A stretch of DNA of 33,893 nucleotides from Trichinella spiralis (GCF_000181795.1 NW_003526941.1:3393214-3427106); one strand, 5' to 3'; positions 1-13,192 are shown, counted from the first letter of the stretch. Program-made: numbers and translations. Notes: generated by a model not told the origin, from the letters alone.

Positions 1-622
1 TAGTATGCATTATTTCCTTATATAAAAGGACACCGCTCTATCAAGCAATTTGGCCGAGTATGTTATAAATAATCAATGCGGTAACATGAGAGTATTTTCA
101 ATTAATAATGGTACAATACTGGTTCTGAAAATGAAAGAAAGATTTTAATAATACATGTAATTCCCTAGAGGCAGGACTATCGCTTTGCTGCGCTTATGAG
201 TAGTTATGTCAAAAACACTAGAACAAATGTGAAGCGAGTGCGCATACTTTTCTTAAATTGTTAATTTGTTTTATTTTCAACCATTGATATTGATAACTTT
301 GACAAAATGCAATATTTCAAGCTTATTTGCATACGCGTCATTTAATTATGGTGAACTAACCGAAAACTGAATCAAACAGCCACATTGTTGGTATCGTTGA
401 GACGCTCAATGAATAATTAAGATCGTGAACAGCATAAAATTCAATAAAATGATCGTTTTTTCATTTCGTCAAACATATTCCAAATCATACGATAGGCACT
501 CAGGTATTAATAAGTACTGACAGTCACAGCTGGAAAAATTGCAATCAAATGGTAGAATAAATGAGATACACTCATAGGAAAATAATAAATAAAAGATTTT
601 GTGCACACTTCAAGTTGCCCCG

Positions 623-980
623 AAACAACTTTTCAAAATTTATTCCAAATGGACGGAAAATGAAGAAAAATCGACTTTCCCAAAACAAAGAAATATTGCG
701 CTAGATCAAGAAATTTCACCGTATACCTCATTATAATGATGATTTCGTTTCCTGTCCAAAATTTCAGTTATCCTGGATCCGTTTCGAGTGAGTCTCAGAT
801 CTGCTGCTTTCCTTTGTATCGTGATTGGCACATACCAACTTTAGAGGCCATTTATTCAACAGGTACGGGTTAGTTTGCAATGTGATTCTGCAGAACCCTC
901 TAATTTATCAGTGTTTGGTAATATATGACAAAAAAGCGAAATTTTTGAAAAAAGTCTGTTCGCCAAAATCCCTAAAACAA
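623..980 (-). repeat. Interspersed repeat block B, left copy (inverted, diverged homolog of 33529-33885); non-coding, possibly subterminal sequence of a DNA transposon-like element
   Basis: The reverse complement aligns by eye with the right end of the window. Examples: gaataaatggcctctaaagttg vs gaataaatggcttctaaagttg; gatccaggat shared; ataatgaggtatacggtgaaattt vs ataatgaggtattcgttgaaattt; gcaatatttctttgttttgg identical. In the frame examined the differences are not concentrated at third codon positions. Transposon origin is inference. Confidence 0.85.
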
Positions 981-1178
981 TTAATGCCGAAAATAACCAC
1001 ATGCGTAATAAAAAATATCTTCTCCGAAGAAATGCATCACATGTTGCAAAATGTAATTGTCCGCCTTTCTTAGAAGAAGGTGAAATACTGTGAAGAATTA
1101 GCAAACGTCAGAAACAAAAAATTGCAAATAAGCAATGAGTACAATTTGTTTATTACTGCGTCTTCTTGTACTGTAACT

Positions 1179-1635
1179 AGAAATTCCTTATTATATATTA
1201 TACAGTTCAATGTTTAATTCAGAACTGACTGTCAGATGTAATCCAGCAACTGTTGAATAGCATTAGCTGGCACGTCACGAGTGATAATGTGACGTGACGT
1301 CAGTGACCGGATATTTTTCCATGTCGAATGGCTTGTAAATTCTTGTACAGCTTCTGCAAAGCGTTAATTCAATTACAATTTCTGTAACAAGTTTATCTGA
1401 TAAGCTGTAACTGAATATCGTTCTTCAGAAGTTATTTTTCCTTTCCTGAGGAATCAGAAAAAAGCATCAGACATTCGTTTATGAAATTTGTCAAATGCTC
1501 GCAATTTCATACTAAATCTGATACAACATTAATACTGATGGAGAAGTGAAATTTGCAAATTGTTATATTATTCCGAATATGCAAATTACATTCAAATTAT
1601 TTGGCGAATCAATGTTTTGTTAATTCCTTTCTTGC
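1179..1635 (-). pseudogene. Repeat block A, left copy: decayed spliced-gene fragment (exon-like 1511-1412, intron-like 1411-1354, exon-like from 1353), inverted homolog of 30425-30900
   Basis: Minus strand reads tttag|T ATG..., giving MKLRAFDKFHKRMSDAFF*FLRKGKITSEERYS. It is followed by a 58-nt gt...ctttgcag, then KLYKNLQAIRHGK and a frameshift. This matches the translation of the right-hand copy. An in-frame TGA and the frameshift indicate decay. Confidence 0.6.
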
Positions 1636-2105
1636 TTGCTCACTTATTACGATATGTGCTCTCATTTAATTTGTGCTGTGTAGTTTCTGACGCCCGGTAG
1701 AAGTAACAAGTTTGTTAAACTTGGCATATGCAGACTCGCTTTCAGTTCTTACCTTGCGCAATGACAACTGGCAGTATACGTCTCCAACTATGCAAACTTA
1801 ATCTGGTTACATGGGCAAATCAAAAATTACAGGTAAGCAATCTTGTGATCTCAATGTTGTGATCTTGGTAGTTAGCAAATCTACTGGTGTAATAAAATTG
1901 CTGTGGTCAATATGAATGTTCCAGCATTGCGCACAGTTTTCAAAATGTTTTATTTTTAATATAATTGTAATATAAAGTATTCATTTTCCACAATGCATGT
2001 TTAGCAGCTAAAGCGACAAAAGGAATTACATATTACAGTGGTAGAATAAATGCGTGTTTTTATTTCTAAAGGCCCACCAACAAATTATTTTGTATGATAT
2101 TTTTT

Positions 2106-3332
2106 TCATGGTAATTCTTGTTCAGTATCGCACCAGGTTAAAAGAAAAAGTGATTTCAATGCATTTCGAAATTTGGCACTCATCATCCAATAAATGACAA
2201 ACTTCCAAAATCCACTTCCAATGCCAAGCCATACAAGAGTAAAATGCAAACTCGGAACTTGAATTATTACGCGAAAAATTAGTTCCGTCAAACGAACAAT
2301 TATCAATGGCATCCAACTAATTACAAATGTTAAAATGATGAAAAATGTTATAACAAATGATCTATCAGCTTGCAGCTGTCCTTTATATGTATCCTCCAGT
2401 TCATCAGGATTGCGTAGTGTAATAAAAATTGAAAAATATGAGTAGCTTATACATATTAAACTTGGTATTATTACTAACAAAGCCATCGTTATTGCATAAG
2501 GCATCATTTTCGTACAATCGAGAACGCACAAAAATGCATAACGGTCGTATTGAGCTTGAAGCTCATTGAAAAGAACGGGACAGCAAAGCACCAGGGATGT
2601 CACCCAAGTGAACATTGCCCAACATTTGCAACGTGTCAATGTTTGTTCAGCTTCATATCGACCTGGTCTTGTTAATAAAATATACCGGTCCACGCTAATC
2701 CACATAAATATATAAAGAACAACACTAAGCAGCACTAATTCAATGTAAACTTCAATTCTGCATAGAATTTCACTGTATGCAGTTGGCCAATTTTCATCTA
2801 GAACGGCATATATAGAAACTGGTGTTATCAAAGTTCCACACAATAAATCTGATACTGATAATGAGATCAAATAATAGCCAATGATATCTTTTAGCTGTGG
2901 TGAAGTGACAATCACCGCAACTGTTAAAACACTGCTTATTATCAAAAGGGCTGTGATTAATATAATAACGCTAATATAGGCAAGTTTTTCGCTGCTAACA
3001 GAAAGACCAAAAATTGATATTAAACCAGCCGATTGGTCAGCAATACCAAAATTTGTTGCAATTGAATTTTGATGAGAAGGTACTGTTGGATAATTATTAA
3101 AAGGTGCACGAAATGTTGAAGATGTGATTATTTGTTCAACTTTTCCATTGTTTATAAATTCATTTTTGCTTTCTACAGGCAGTTCGTTTAGCTCTGATTC
3201 TTCGTTTTTTGTCAGTTTTACATTAATAACATCAATTAACGACGTTGTATGGTTATTAGCTAAAAATCTCCACTCTTCAAGCCATGGTAATTTTTGTCGA
3301 AAGTCATTCTGTTTCTCATATTTTGTACTCAT
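2106..3332 (-). CDS. Class A (rhodopsin-like) orphan GPCR, 408 aa, intronless CDS; resembles the GPR21/GPR52-like and insect orphan amine-receptor-like group
   Basis: Single ORF with seven hydrophobic segments. Motifs: TM2 LSVSDLL, C3.25 in ILCRIE, DRY (SVDRY), TM4 Trp (FTWVTS), ECL2 Cys (FLCVLD), TM6 FVISWMP, helix-8 KFR. The subfamily call rests on recalled similarity of the ICL2/TM4 segment (RYEAEQTLTRCKCW...LCCP) and is not verified. Confidence 0.93.
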   Translation of the reverse strand: MSTKYEKQNDFRQKLPWLEEWRFLANNHTTSLIDVINVKLTKNEESELNELPVESKNEFINNGKVEQIITSSTFRAPFNNYPTVPSHQNSIATNFGIADQSAGLISIFGLSVSSEKLAYISVIILITALLIISSVLTVAVIVTSPQLKDIIGYYLISLSVSDLLCGTLITPVSIYAVLDENWPTAYSEILCRIEVYIELVLLSVVLYIFMWISVDRYILLTRPGRYEAEQTLTRCKCWAMFTWVTSLVLCCPVLFNELQAQYDRYAFLCVLDCTKMMPYAITMALLVIIPSLICISYSYFSIFITLRNPDELEDTYKGQLQADRSFVITFFIILTFVISWMPLIIVRLTELIFRVIIQVPSLHFTLVWLGIGSGFWKFVIYWMMSAKFRNALKSLFLLTWCDTEQELP

Positions 3333-6300
3333 TCTGCCTCATTCAATCAACAAGAATGTTCCTAAAAATAAATTATTTATAAAATTGGATTAAAATAACT
3401 ATTTTTCTTTTCATAAAATCATGAAACAGAAGCAACAATATTAGCTTAAAAAGTTCTTATTAACTAAAATTGTCAATAACTGAATGTATTATCCATTTTC
3501 AAAATTGTTCAACAGTTGATGAAAAGTGGATTTGATAAAATTTAATAACAGCGAAATAACATTTTCAATAAAGTATAAAGATTCATCCTTGATATGGTAA
3601 GATAAGGTAAGATAATAAGGCGGCCAACAGCACCATTCTTTTCTTATGCCCGTGGAGAAATTGGTTTGTTTACTTAGAAGCACTAGCTCGAATTTGTTAT
3701 GAACGGCACTGACCAAAAGCAATGCATGCACAAATAATGTGTCGATCAAGAAATTATTATTGCTATCCCATAGTATATGTGCATTTCTTGTAAGCAAAAG
3801 CCTGATTCGTCTAAATTCTTATGTCAAGCGAGTTTCACTGCTGCCAAGTGAAGCTGAATGCAGGTAAAAATGTTCTTATTTATTTAAAAACTGAAAATTG
3901 CAACATTTCAATAATTTATCACTAAACATATATACATATATGCATACAAATATGTACATAATGCGTGCACATGGTAAAGTAGTTTTAATTAAAAGTGAAA
4001 AAGTTAGTTACCCAGAAAACTGACTATGCATTAAGAAAAACTTTCCTCTTAAAATATTTCATGTTGTTAGCTAAATAGCGATGGTTGAAAAAATCAATTG
4101 AAGCAATTGTCACTAACTAACACCTTCTGGATAGTTTATTTGTTAGCTGTCGGTCGTTTTTACGCTTCGCTTATTTTGTTGAATAAAAAAGTCGCTCTTA
4201 GCAAATTATTTTTTTCTTATGCTTTAAACGACATGTCGAAACGGCTGCTAGTTTTCCTTTAATATATATATTTCACTAAAACGGATGCTCTATTCTATTA
4301 ATACAATTAGCTAATTATTGATTTATAATATCATAAGAGTGAGTTATCAGTTTTCATGCTAATTCTAATCTATCAAAAAAAACATTTTAATGTAATTTAT
4401 TACCAACAGATGGGGAGAAATGATAAATGAAAAATTCTCATTTGGCAACATAATAACATCTAATAATAACTGAATAATTTTAAAATGCATAATTTATAAC
4501 ATTTTTGTTTTTAATATTAATAACATTTTTTCTTTACGAACATAAAACTATAAGCTTGGATATAGTCAATAAAATGCATTTCTTATACTCATTTGAAATG
4601 TATTTTGAAAAAAATTAATTTCATTCTCATGTAGAAGTGCATGAATGGCTAGTTATGCGTAAAGGAAAAGGTTTCTTTTTGCTATAAGTAATTGAAAGCA
4701 AATATCATGTAGAAATGCTAATTAATGATGGTGACGTGAAACAAACAAGAAATCTAAAAATCAATACTCTAATTCCACGGAAGCAATTTTATATCTGAGA
4801 AATCAGTGCTCATAATCTTCAGATGTTATATTGCAACATCATAGAAATATGATTTTCTAAAATCCGATTATTTTTATAAGATTAGTACTTTTATTAGCCA
4901 TATTACTTTGAAATGTCTGACATAAATGAAATATTTTTCAACCATTGAAATTAAACTTTTATTTCAGCTTTAATTCATTCTTTTAAATATTCATTCATTA
5001 TTCAATATTGAAATCACTTTGAAGAAGGTAACTTGAAAATCAATTTTTGCTATTTCTTTTTTGATTCATTTACGTTATTTCGAATGGCTTACATAACAGT
5101 TGCTCATACAATGCATGTAGATTATATTACAAAACAAATAAGATGAACTGTTTTTCCTTATAGAACTTGCGGATAGAATTAACTATTTTACAACTTCGGT
5201 TTTATTTTAGCATGAAAATAAAAATTTCACTTGAAAGACTTTACATGAAAGAATTTTAAAGTTCAGAATTATTAAAAACACTCCTAATTAAGAATTAAAG
5301 TAAAATGGAAACGCCACTTAAAGTTAGTTAATTTTATTTACCGTGTATGAAAGGTTTGTATGAAATTGGAAAAAACATTCTAAACGAGGAGACGAATTCT
5401 CAATTTTGTGAACGAAATGCACATTTGAAAGGTAAAATGATTATATTTAAAATAAAATTAAAAAAATAAAAGGTACATAATACAAACTTCAGGTTGGAAG
5501 ACCAAATAAATGGAGATTATATTGCTGAGAACGATAGAAGGTCTTTTAAAATAATTTAAAATTCGCAGTCACTTTCCTTTTCCTTACTCAAAGAAAAAAC
5601 CAATGCAAAAGGTGATTACTATCAGTAAAATTAACTAATTTGAAATCAATTGAAAAAGCATTAGCAGCACATTAACAAAATCAAAGTCAAAGGCAGGTAT
5701 ACTGTATTATGCCGCAGCACAGATTTTCATCTAATTTAATTTGCAGCCGCAAATCGTACAGCTCAAGCATTGTAGTATCAGCCACATGTTAAAATGTGAT
5801 AAGTAAATTGCCAAAATTATTCAATTAATGTCAAAATCATATGTCAGCAAAGTCAGTTTCATGTCACAAGGGTAATTTAATCAAATGCCAAATAACTGCC
5901 TTTACTAACACATGATTATCAAAAATGGCGCCAATGTAACTGATGTTCAAGTTATTTTTTATTATTCATGTTCTACTGTTTAAGTAACCAATAAATCATC
6001 ATTTAAAATATTGAAATGACATGTTTAAGAAGCGTAAGTGTTCGTTTTTAATTTAAATTTCTTTTTTTTGCAAGTTGAAACAAAATTCTACTAGCACGAT
6101 AATAACGTAAAACTTTCAACATTTAACTGAACACATTAATCGATCGAGCATAGAGAAATGACAAATTTGGACTTCATTAGCACGCGACAGACAAGCAGTG
6201 GAGTAAACTTCCGAATTTTAAAATAGTCACAAGAATGTGACTAAAGCGCTTTTAACTTATTGGCGTGTATCAAAAGCAACAGAAAGTGCAGATGTGCTCT

Positions 6301-6868
6301 CATGGAGCATTGATCCTTTCCAATCTTTTAACATTTTTGTATTGTAATTTAATTTTAGCATAAAAATAAGAAAATATTGCATGAATTGAGTTTAATAATG
6401 AAAATTGAAGTATTTTTAATATGAAGAAAAAATTATCTATAGCAGATCTTTATTACTTGGATGTATGTGAAACTTAATACCTTCGAAGGATATTGAAATT
6501 AATGAAATGATAAATTGAGCAAATAAAATTGTTGACAGTTATTTTTTTTAATTTAATTTTTTCATTTACACAAATAAATAATGAATATTATCTGATATAA
6601 TATTATTTATTTGAATAAGCTTTTCAAGTGCTAAAATATAAACTTAAAAATTAAGAAAAATGTTTTGAAAAACATGGCTAATTTCTGAGGGAATAGTGAT
6701 TTCATTTAATCTACGCATATTTAAGCTATTTCTCAATATTCATTGCAATTGATAAAATGTATAATAAAGTGCGTAGTGTAATATATACGTAAAAGTACAA
6801 TGATAAGAAATACTTACAATTACTTGTATTTACTGCTGGAAAAGAGGACGGTTATTTTCATTACAAGC

Positions 6869-6900
6869 ATATATATATATATATATACATAAAGCAGTCC

Positions 6901-6956
<56 letters not shown>
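6869..6956. repeat. Two adjacent (TA)n microsatellites (6869-6887 and 6905-6956)
   Basis: Directly visible dinucleotide runs; they produce the YIYIYI ORF 6830-7060. Confidence 0.97.
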
Positions 6957-6957
<1 letters not shown>

Positions 6958-9900
6958 GTATATTTATATGCATATATAGATGTATATATAATAGAATCAG
7001 GTTAAGCTTTTCTGAAATCAAATAAAATCCATTGGGTAAATTGTAAACAACCCGCGACAAAGACCGCAGCCGGCAGTTAATTTTGCTTTCTAGTCATGTT
7101 CTTTGGAAAGACTAAAAGACAGAAAACTCGATAAAAATGCAAAGACTGCTACATCTATGAGCATCTTTTCAATCGATTTCAAGTTGAGCCTCATATTTTC
7201 CACAGAAGTTTTCCTCATTGCTTTAAAAGTGGCATTTTGCATAAAATTGCAATAATTTTTTCATAATAATTTCTGCAATCAGTGACGAAATATTGAACTG
7301 ACTTTTTTGTATGAAAGAGATGGCTAACGACCCAATGTCCAATATTCATTCATCCGTGTTTAATGTAATCAAAATAAGTTTTACTGAAGTATTTGTTAAT
7401 AATTTTATTTACAACCAAGATGAATTTGAAAAAAAAGTGTTAAGTAATTTTGATTTTATAAAAGTGAAAAATCTTACCAAAGTCAGAATTATCAGCAAAA
7501 AATACTGAAATAACATTTTATTGTAAATGCTTATATAGCTTCATGTATTAAAAAATAATAATAAAATGCTTTGAGTATAATAATAAAAGAAGAAATTTGA
7601 AAATAAGCAATTGTTTGGTGATTGAAAATTGAGCAAATTATTCTCTAGCTGGGCAGAATTGAAAAATGGGCAATTATTAATTATTAAATCACAGTTGCGC
7701 TTTTTAATTGCAGAGCATTTTCAATTTTTGCATCAGTTACGAGTAGAGTTTGCCTAGCAATTTGAATGGCCAGCTTAATCTATGTGACATGTTTGGGCAG
7801 AGATAGTTAATTGATGACGGTAAACTGTCAGATTGCTAAGTTTTACGTTCAGTACACAAAAATAATTACCTCTGTTGTGTTGAGCAAAAGCTATAATAGT
7901 TTGCAAAAAAAGGCTAGCAAAATGTGCATTTCATTCATCACCAAATTCACCAATGATAATTAATAATAATAGCAACCGAAATTCGAATGTCTCAATGCAT
8001 AAATCAATAAATTTATTGCCAATCTTTTCAAATTTTTTTGAAAAGTAAAAAAGAATCTCTTTTGCACTTTAAAAAAAGATAAATCTTCAAAACTTACTTC
8101 AGTACTATTTATTATGCATTTTGAATAAATTGACATATGTATATAGCAGATTTATATGTATATATATAGAATTTTCATGAACAAAATAATAGGAAAATGT
8201 TGTTTTATCTGCATATTTGAGCAGTTTACTTCAAATTTTGTAGAAAAAGATCACTTGAAAAAATTGAAATTGATTATTAGTAAAATTGCGAATATTGAGC
8301 CAAAAAGGAAAACATGGAAAATCGAAGATTCAAGGCGTTCAAACTAGCATTCTTATTCCATTTTTATTGGTTCCTCATTTGCAGTCTTTTATTTCCTTGC
8401 AATTCAATTGTCACGTGCGGTTAGTGACCAAGTTCAGCATATATTTTGCTTTTTTGAAATTATTCAACAATGACCAAATTTGATTGAAAATATAGTTGAT
8501 AATTATTTTATAAAATTATATTCAAAAGAAAACACAATTAACTGAATGGATTTGAAAAAAATAATTATTATGCGCAGTTGGAATTCAGGACGTGTATCAT
8601 TATTGATCATTAAAAATTGTGAATTGTTTATTACAATTTGAAAATGAGCAGCTAAATTTCAAAAGTTCATATCATCGTTAATAGTTCGAAATTGCCATAC
8701 ATCAAATACAATAAAAGTGCACGACAGTAATAATTTCAATGTTCTAATTCTTCAATCACTGCGATCAGTAAAAGCAATGCAGATTGGTTTGTATTGAAAT
8801 ATTTTTAAAAAGTACCAAAAGAAACCCAACATTTTCTGTAATTTATTATTCACAATTACTTTGTCAGTAAGAGAATAAATAATACTGTAGCGTTGATCAA
8901 TATTTTGTGATTCTAAAAATGGCAATCAAATGTTGCGTTGAGCACAGCAAAATTGTATAGCAATGTAATTCGTCATAAAGAAAAATGAAAAGCGAATCGT
9001 CAATCGTGCGTTCACCATTCATAAATTCATAAAATTGATAGTTTCGTAATTTGTTTTTTTTAATCGTTGAATAAACGGCGTTGAATTTAAAATTTTGCAT
9101 ATTCTCTTACTGAAATGAAATATCCAACTTTATGAATGCAGAAAATGGCAATTGAAAATTTTATCAATGCTAATTTCGTCAGAAACGCACATTGATCTGA
9201 AATATTTACAACAAATATTTAAAATGTTGTTTTTATTCTAATATTGAAAATAAAACTTGAAAAGCTTCAATATTTGTATAGAACGGTGTTTTATTTAATG
9301 ATTGTTTCACTACGAACACAGCTGCAGCAAAGTGAAATTGTTTAAATGAAAAATTTGCATAACATGGTGCTGGCTAACAGTATGCAAATATTATTGGAAT
9401 AATTAATCGTCATCGTTGGTGTGTTCGTTATTAGTGTGTTTTGTTGTCACTGCATGGTTCACTTCCAATGTGCGTGGTCGATTAGTTTTGCTACGGCTGA
9501 GCTGTAGATGATAATTAATTAATTGTTGGAACAAATTGCGCTACAATTTTGCTGCTTCAAAATACGACGACAATCATACAGTTGCAACGAATCCATCTAC
9601 ACAGTAAGTCACTTTATTACTGCCTATTGTTTGTTTTGAAATATGTAAATTAGCAATGAATGAAAATCGGTCTTGTTTTAAAATGATGCATATTCAGTTG
9701 AACACATCGAAATGCATTTGAATTATGAATAATGAGTTGTTTTTTTTCTAAGAAAAATTCAAAGCAAGCAATTAATAATCGCAGTATTGATAGAAAGTGC
9801 AGAATAATGAATAGAAAATAAATTGAATGTTAGGAAAATTTTTCAACCGCGCTGCTAGTGATTTGAAAACTACTGGGAAAAGAATGCGAGCAAACTAGCA

Positions 9901-10323
9901 TACTGTAATGTAAATGTCGTTCATTCTTTTCGCATAAATTTATCATTCACGCTTGCTGTTCATAGCGTGGCAAAAAAATATATTAATTCCATTGTGTTCA
10001 ATTTTTTCTGAAATACATTTCAAGTTCTTTTTACCAAAAGTTGAACAAGCGTGAGCAATTATTTCACCGCATTCACGTCAGCAAAATGTCCATTACATCA
10101 TCAAATCCAATTTCCAATCGATCACAACGAGCACATTATTGGAATTTATACGAAAATAAATTATACTATTGCCAGTAACTGCTTTTTTTCTTAAGAATTT
10201 TTATAGTTCCAACTGCTGAAAATAGTTAACATTGAAACTAGCACGTTTTTTATTTATCATAAAAGGTTGCTATGAGCAATGCAATACAAATTCGGGTTCT
10301 TTTTTTTTTCTTAGTCAATTCTT

Positions 10324-11309
10324 TCACAAAGTTGACCTAGTTTTGGCAAGCTCTTTTAAAGCATTGTCGATCCAATCTCTGAAAGTAGTAATTTTCGTAT
10401 AAATGCCGGGTTTGTTTTTCAAACCACAGCCATCTCCAAAACTGACTACTCCTTGTTGTACCCAAACGCCATCATACAAGCATATCAACGGTCCTCCACT
10501 GTCTCCCTTAACAAGAAAAAGAAAAGAACAGCATGTCATGCTTGAATCAACGTGCAATTGAATGCAATCACTTATTGATTACCTGACACGCGTCACGACC
10601 GCCTTCCATATATCCGGCGCAAATCATTTTATCATCAAATACCCTTTTACCATATATATCTTCTGTTGCACATTTTGAGATGTTCAATATTGGAACCTGC
10701 ACTTGCATCAAGTGATCATTGTGAAATGTTTCTTCTGAAAAAGAAAAGGGAATTTTTAAATTTTAAACAAAAAGAGTTGAAGCTAAAAAAATGTTGGCAC
10801 CTTTCAAAAAGCCCCAACCTACGGTGGTGCACAATTGGCCAATTTTGATTTCAAGATCTTTGGATGGCAGACATATTGGTTGTGCTTTTCTTGAAAAGTG
10901 GACAGGTGATTTCAGCTGCACCAAAGCAATGTCGCTGTGCGGATTGGAAAAATTGTAATGCTCGTGGGCGATGATTCGTTTCACACCGATAGTTTGTTTC
11001 CCATATTCATAATGACTGAGACGATGAGCACTGACGACCACGTTCAATTCGTCCGGTTGTCGTGTGTGCAGAGTTCTATATTGATTTCAAATTTCAAAAA
11101 ATATTATTTGCAAAAGGCAAAAAACACCCACCACAACATTGCATATACACATTTTTTTAAACTGAACATAATTAACAACCTCTTTGTATAAAACGAACGT
11201 TGAAAATACATTTTTTTAAAAGTATGCTCAGGCAGTCATTTTATAATCAATTTCAACAATGAACATTTTGCAAACATGATAAAATTTAAATAGCAACAAC
11301 AACAACAAC

Positions 11310-11342
<33 letters not shown>

Positions 11343-12436
11343 ATCGCTTATTAGTGAACGCCGCAAATACTTGAATTACGTTAGTACAAACATGGAATTT
11401 ATAAATGTTTGTTCATTGCAATGCATTATTCTCAATAGGAACCCATTGTCGAATTCACCAATTTCAATTACAACATTCAAATGCTTAAAATGAAAATAAA
11501 TAACAGTGCACTTCTCAGTTGATTCAACGTCGAAATGCGACGATTATAGCGAACAAAAAATCAATTCTGAGCATCAATTCCTACTGTAAGTTTTGTACAA
11601 TTGAAATAATTGTTTTTTGTCACGCTTACCGTTCGAGTACGCAATGTGCTGCTGTTAAAATGACATCTGTCATGAAAACTTCAGGATCAAATTGAATTAA
11701 CGTTCCGCCACATTGATGGGTTTGATGAGCTTGTAAACTTACTGTCCAAGGCATTGAATAAGGTCTAGTTTCGAAACCGCCGGTAATTCGGTTCACTGTT
11801 GCTTCTGTGAATGGTGAATAAAATGCTTTTCCGCAGTTTGAATAACTTTTAATTGGTGGTAAAAGTGGAGGTGCAACAGTGCCAACAGGTGTCGGTTTTC
11901 CTTCTGAAAGAAGTGATTTGTAATAATTCTGTTTTTTTCATTCAAAGTATATTACCTAGTGTACAATTTGTTGGAATAGCAAATACACTGTATTTACGAC
12001 GAATGTACATGTCGGATGATAATGGTAAACTTTTGGGAATAAATTCCAATAAAGTGCATATTTTTTCTTTAAAATCATAACTAACTGAATAGCAGCCAAA
12101 ACCAGTTCGCATTTCCCAACACAACGACAAGCATGCCATCAAAGATTGTACATTGTCTGCTTCAGCTACAGGCTCAACGTTTTTGTGAGAAACTTGCTTT
12201 TGTCGTTCTTCATATGCATTACAATGAAGCAGCTTTTCCTTCACTACTATATTTAGCAGTTGATAATCGTTTGCATCATCTTTCTATTAAAATCAACAAA
12301 ATATAATACAATAAACATTAACAATGATAAATTTGAAAAATTCGTTCATATTTACCTGAGCGTTTGAATAACTGTGACGATAGTAAGAAAGTTGAAAGAA
12401 AACTGAAAGTAAAAAATGGTAAAAAATCCAACACAT
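10324..12436 (-). CDS. Secreted S1A (trypsin-like) serine protease with N-terminal PAN/apple domain, ~430 aa; exons 12436-12356, 12283-11956, 11903-11630, 11075-10801, 10734-10583, 10506-10324
   Basis: All five introns are GT-AG with matching phases; the spliced CDS is 1293 nt. Features in order: hydrophobic N-terminus ([17 protein letters not shown]), PAN-type Cys pattern (C..CLSLC..CYSVSY..CTL), Pro-rich linker, CG, activation site NR|ITGG, catalytic triad TAAHC / SDIALV / GDSGGP, and DACQ (Asp at the S1 pocket, trypsin-like). Confidence 0.93.
11294..11340. repeat. Compound (CAA)n(TAA)n microsatellite in intron 3 of the protease gene
   Basis: Directly visible. Confidence 0.95.
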
Positions 12437-13189
12437 TATATGATCAAGAGATTTCTAATGCCGCTTGACAAATTCTGTGTCATTGAATTATTATGCTCCT
12501 AGAATGTTATTTCAAACAGCTGAATAAATTCTACTCGCGTTCGTATAGTCCAAATTATTGCTTGCGTGTTGCGATTTGTTCATTGATGTGATATTGCGCA
12601 ACTGAAATTGCACATCAACAGTCAGACAGCTAATAGTCACCTTGTCTATAAACACGTCCACACTATGTACAATTTAGTCGTATGCTTTTCGAGTAATTTG
12701 AGTATTTTTGTAAACATAATTCTCAATTTGTGCAGCACGCGTTGGCTGTTTTATCCCATTTACCGTTCAAAATGTTAAATGCGGTCTTTTTATTTCTTTG
12801 AAAATTCAATAATTTCTTCCCTTGTTAACATTATAGGAACATGTTTAACATTAACAGTGTATTAAAATACTTAATTGGACGCGGCTTGATATTTTACACG
12901 AATAATTGCATTTTTCAAATTTAGTACTTTCTGTATGTTTAATATTTTACATCATCATCATCATCATTTAGATAGATAGATGGGATTTTTGTGCAAAATT
13001 GCAATATATAATATTTAAAATGATATACTTTTATTTTGATTACATTCTATGATAAATAAACTAATGGAAAGTTGAAGAATACAGTAATCACATTGTTACC
13101 TGTGCATCATAAGTAACTTATTAATATATAGGTAGATTTATTTTAATAAATATATAGATTTATTTCAAAGATGATATTTATTTTTAACC

Positions 13190-13192
<3 letters not shown>

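Noticed and set aside
825..1104. Two overlapping 82-aa ORFs on opposite strands
   Set aside because: They lie in or next to non-coding repeat block B, start at non-ATG codons and have no recognisable motif.
1271..1302. Hairpin cacgtcac...gtgacgtg and a CRE-like TGACGTCA
   Set aside because: Inside repeat block A and not preserved in the right copy (tgacgtaa); no evidence of function.
5380..5545. Possible small plus-strand exon pair (gtaaaa...ttcag)
   Set aside because: The joined frames quickly hit stops and show no recognisable protein signal.
6830..7060. 76-aa ORF with YIYIYI run
   Set aside because: Translation of a (TA)n microsatellite.
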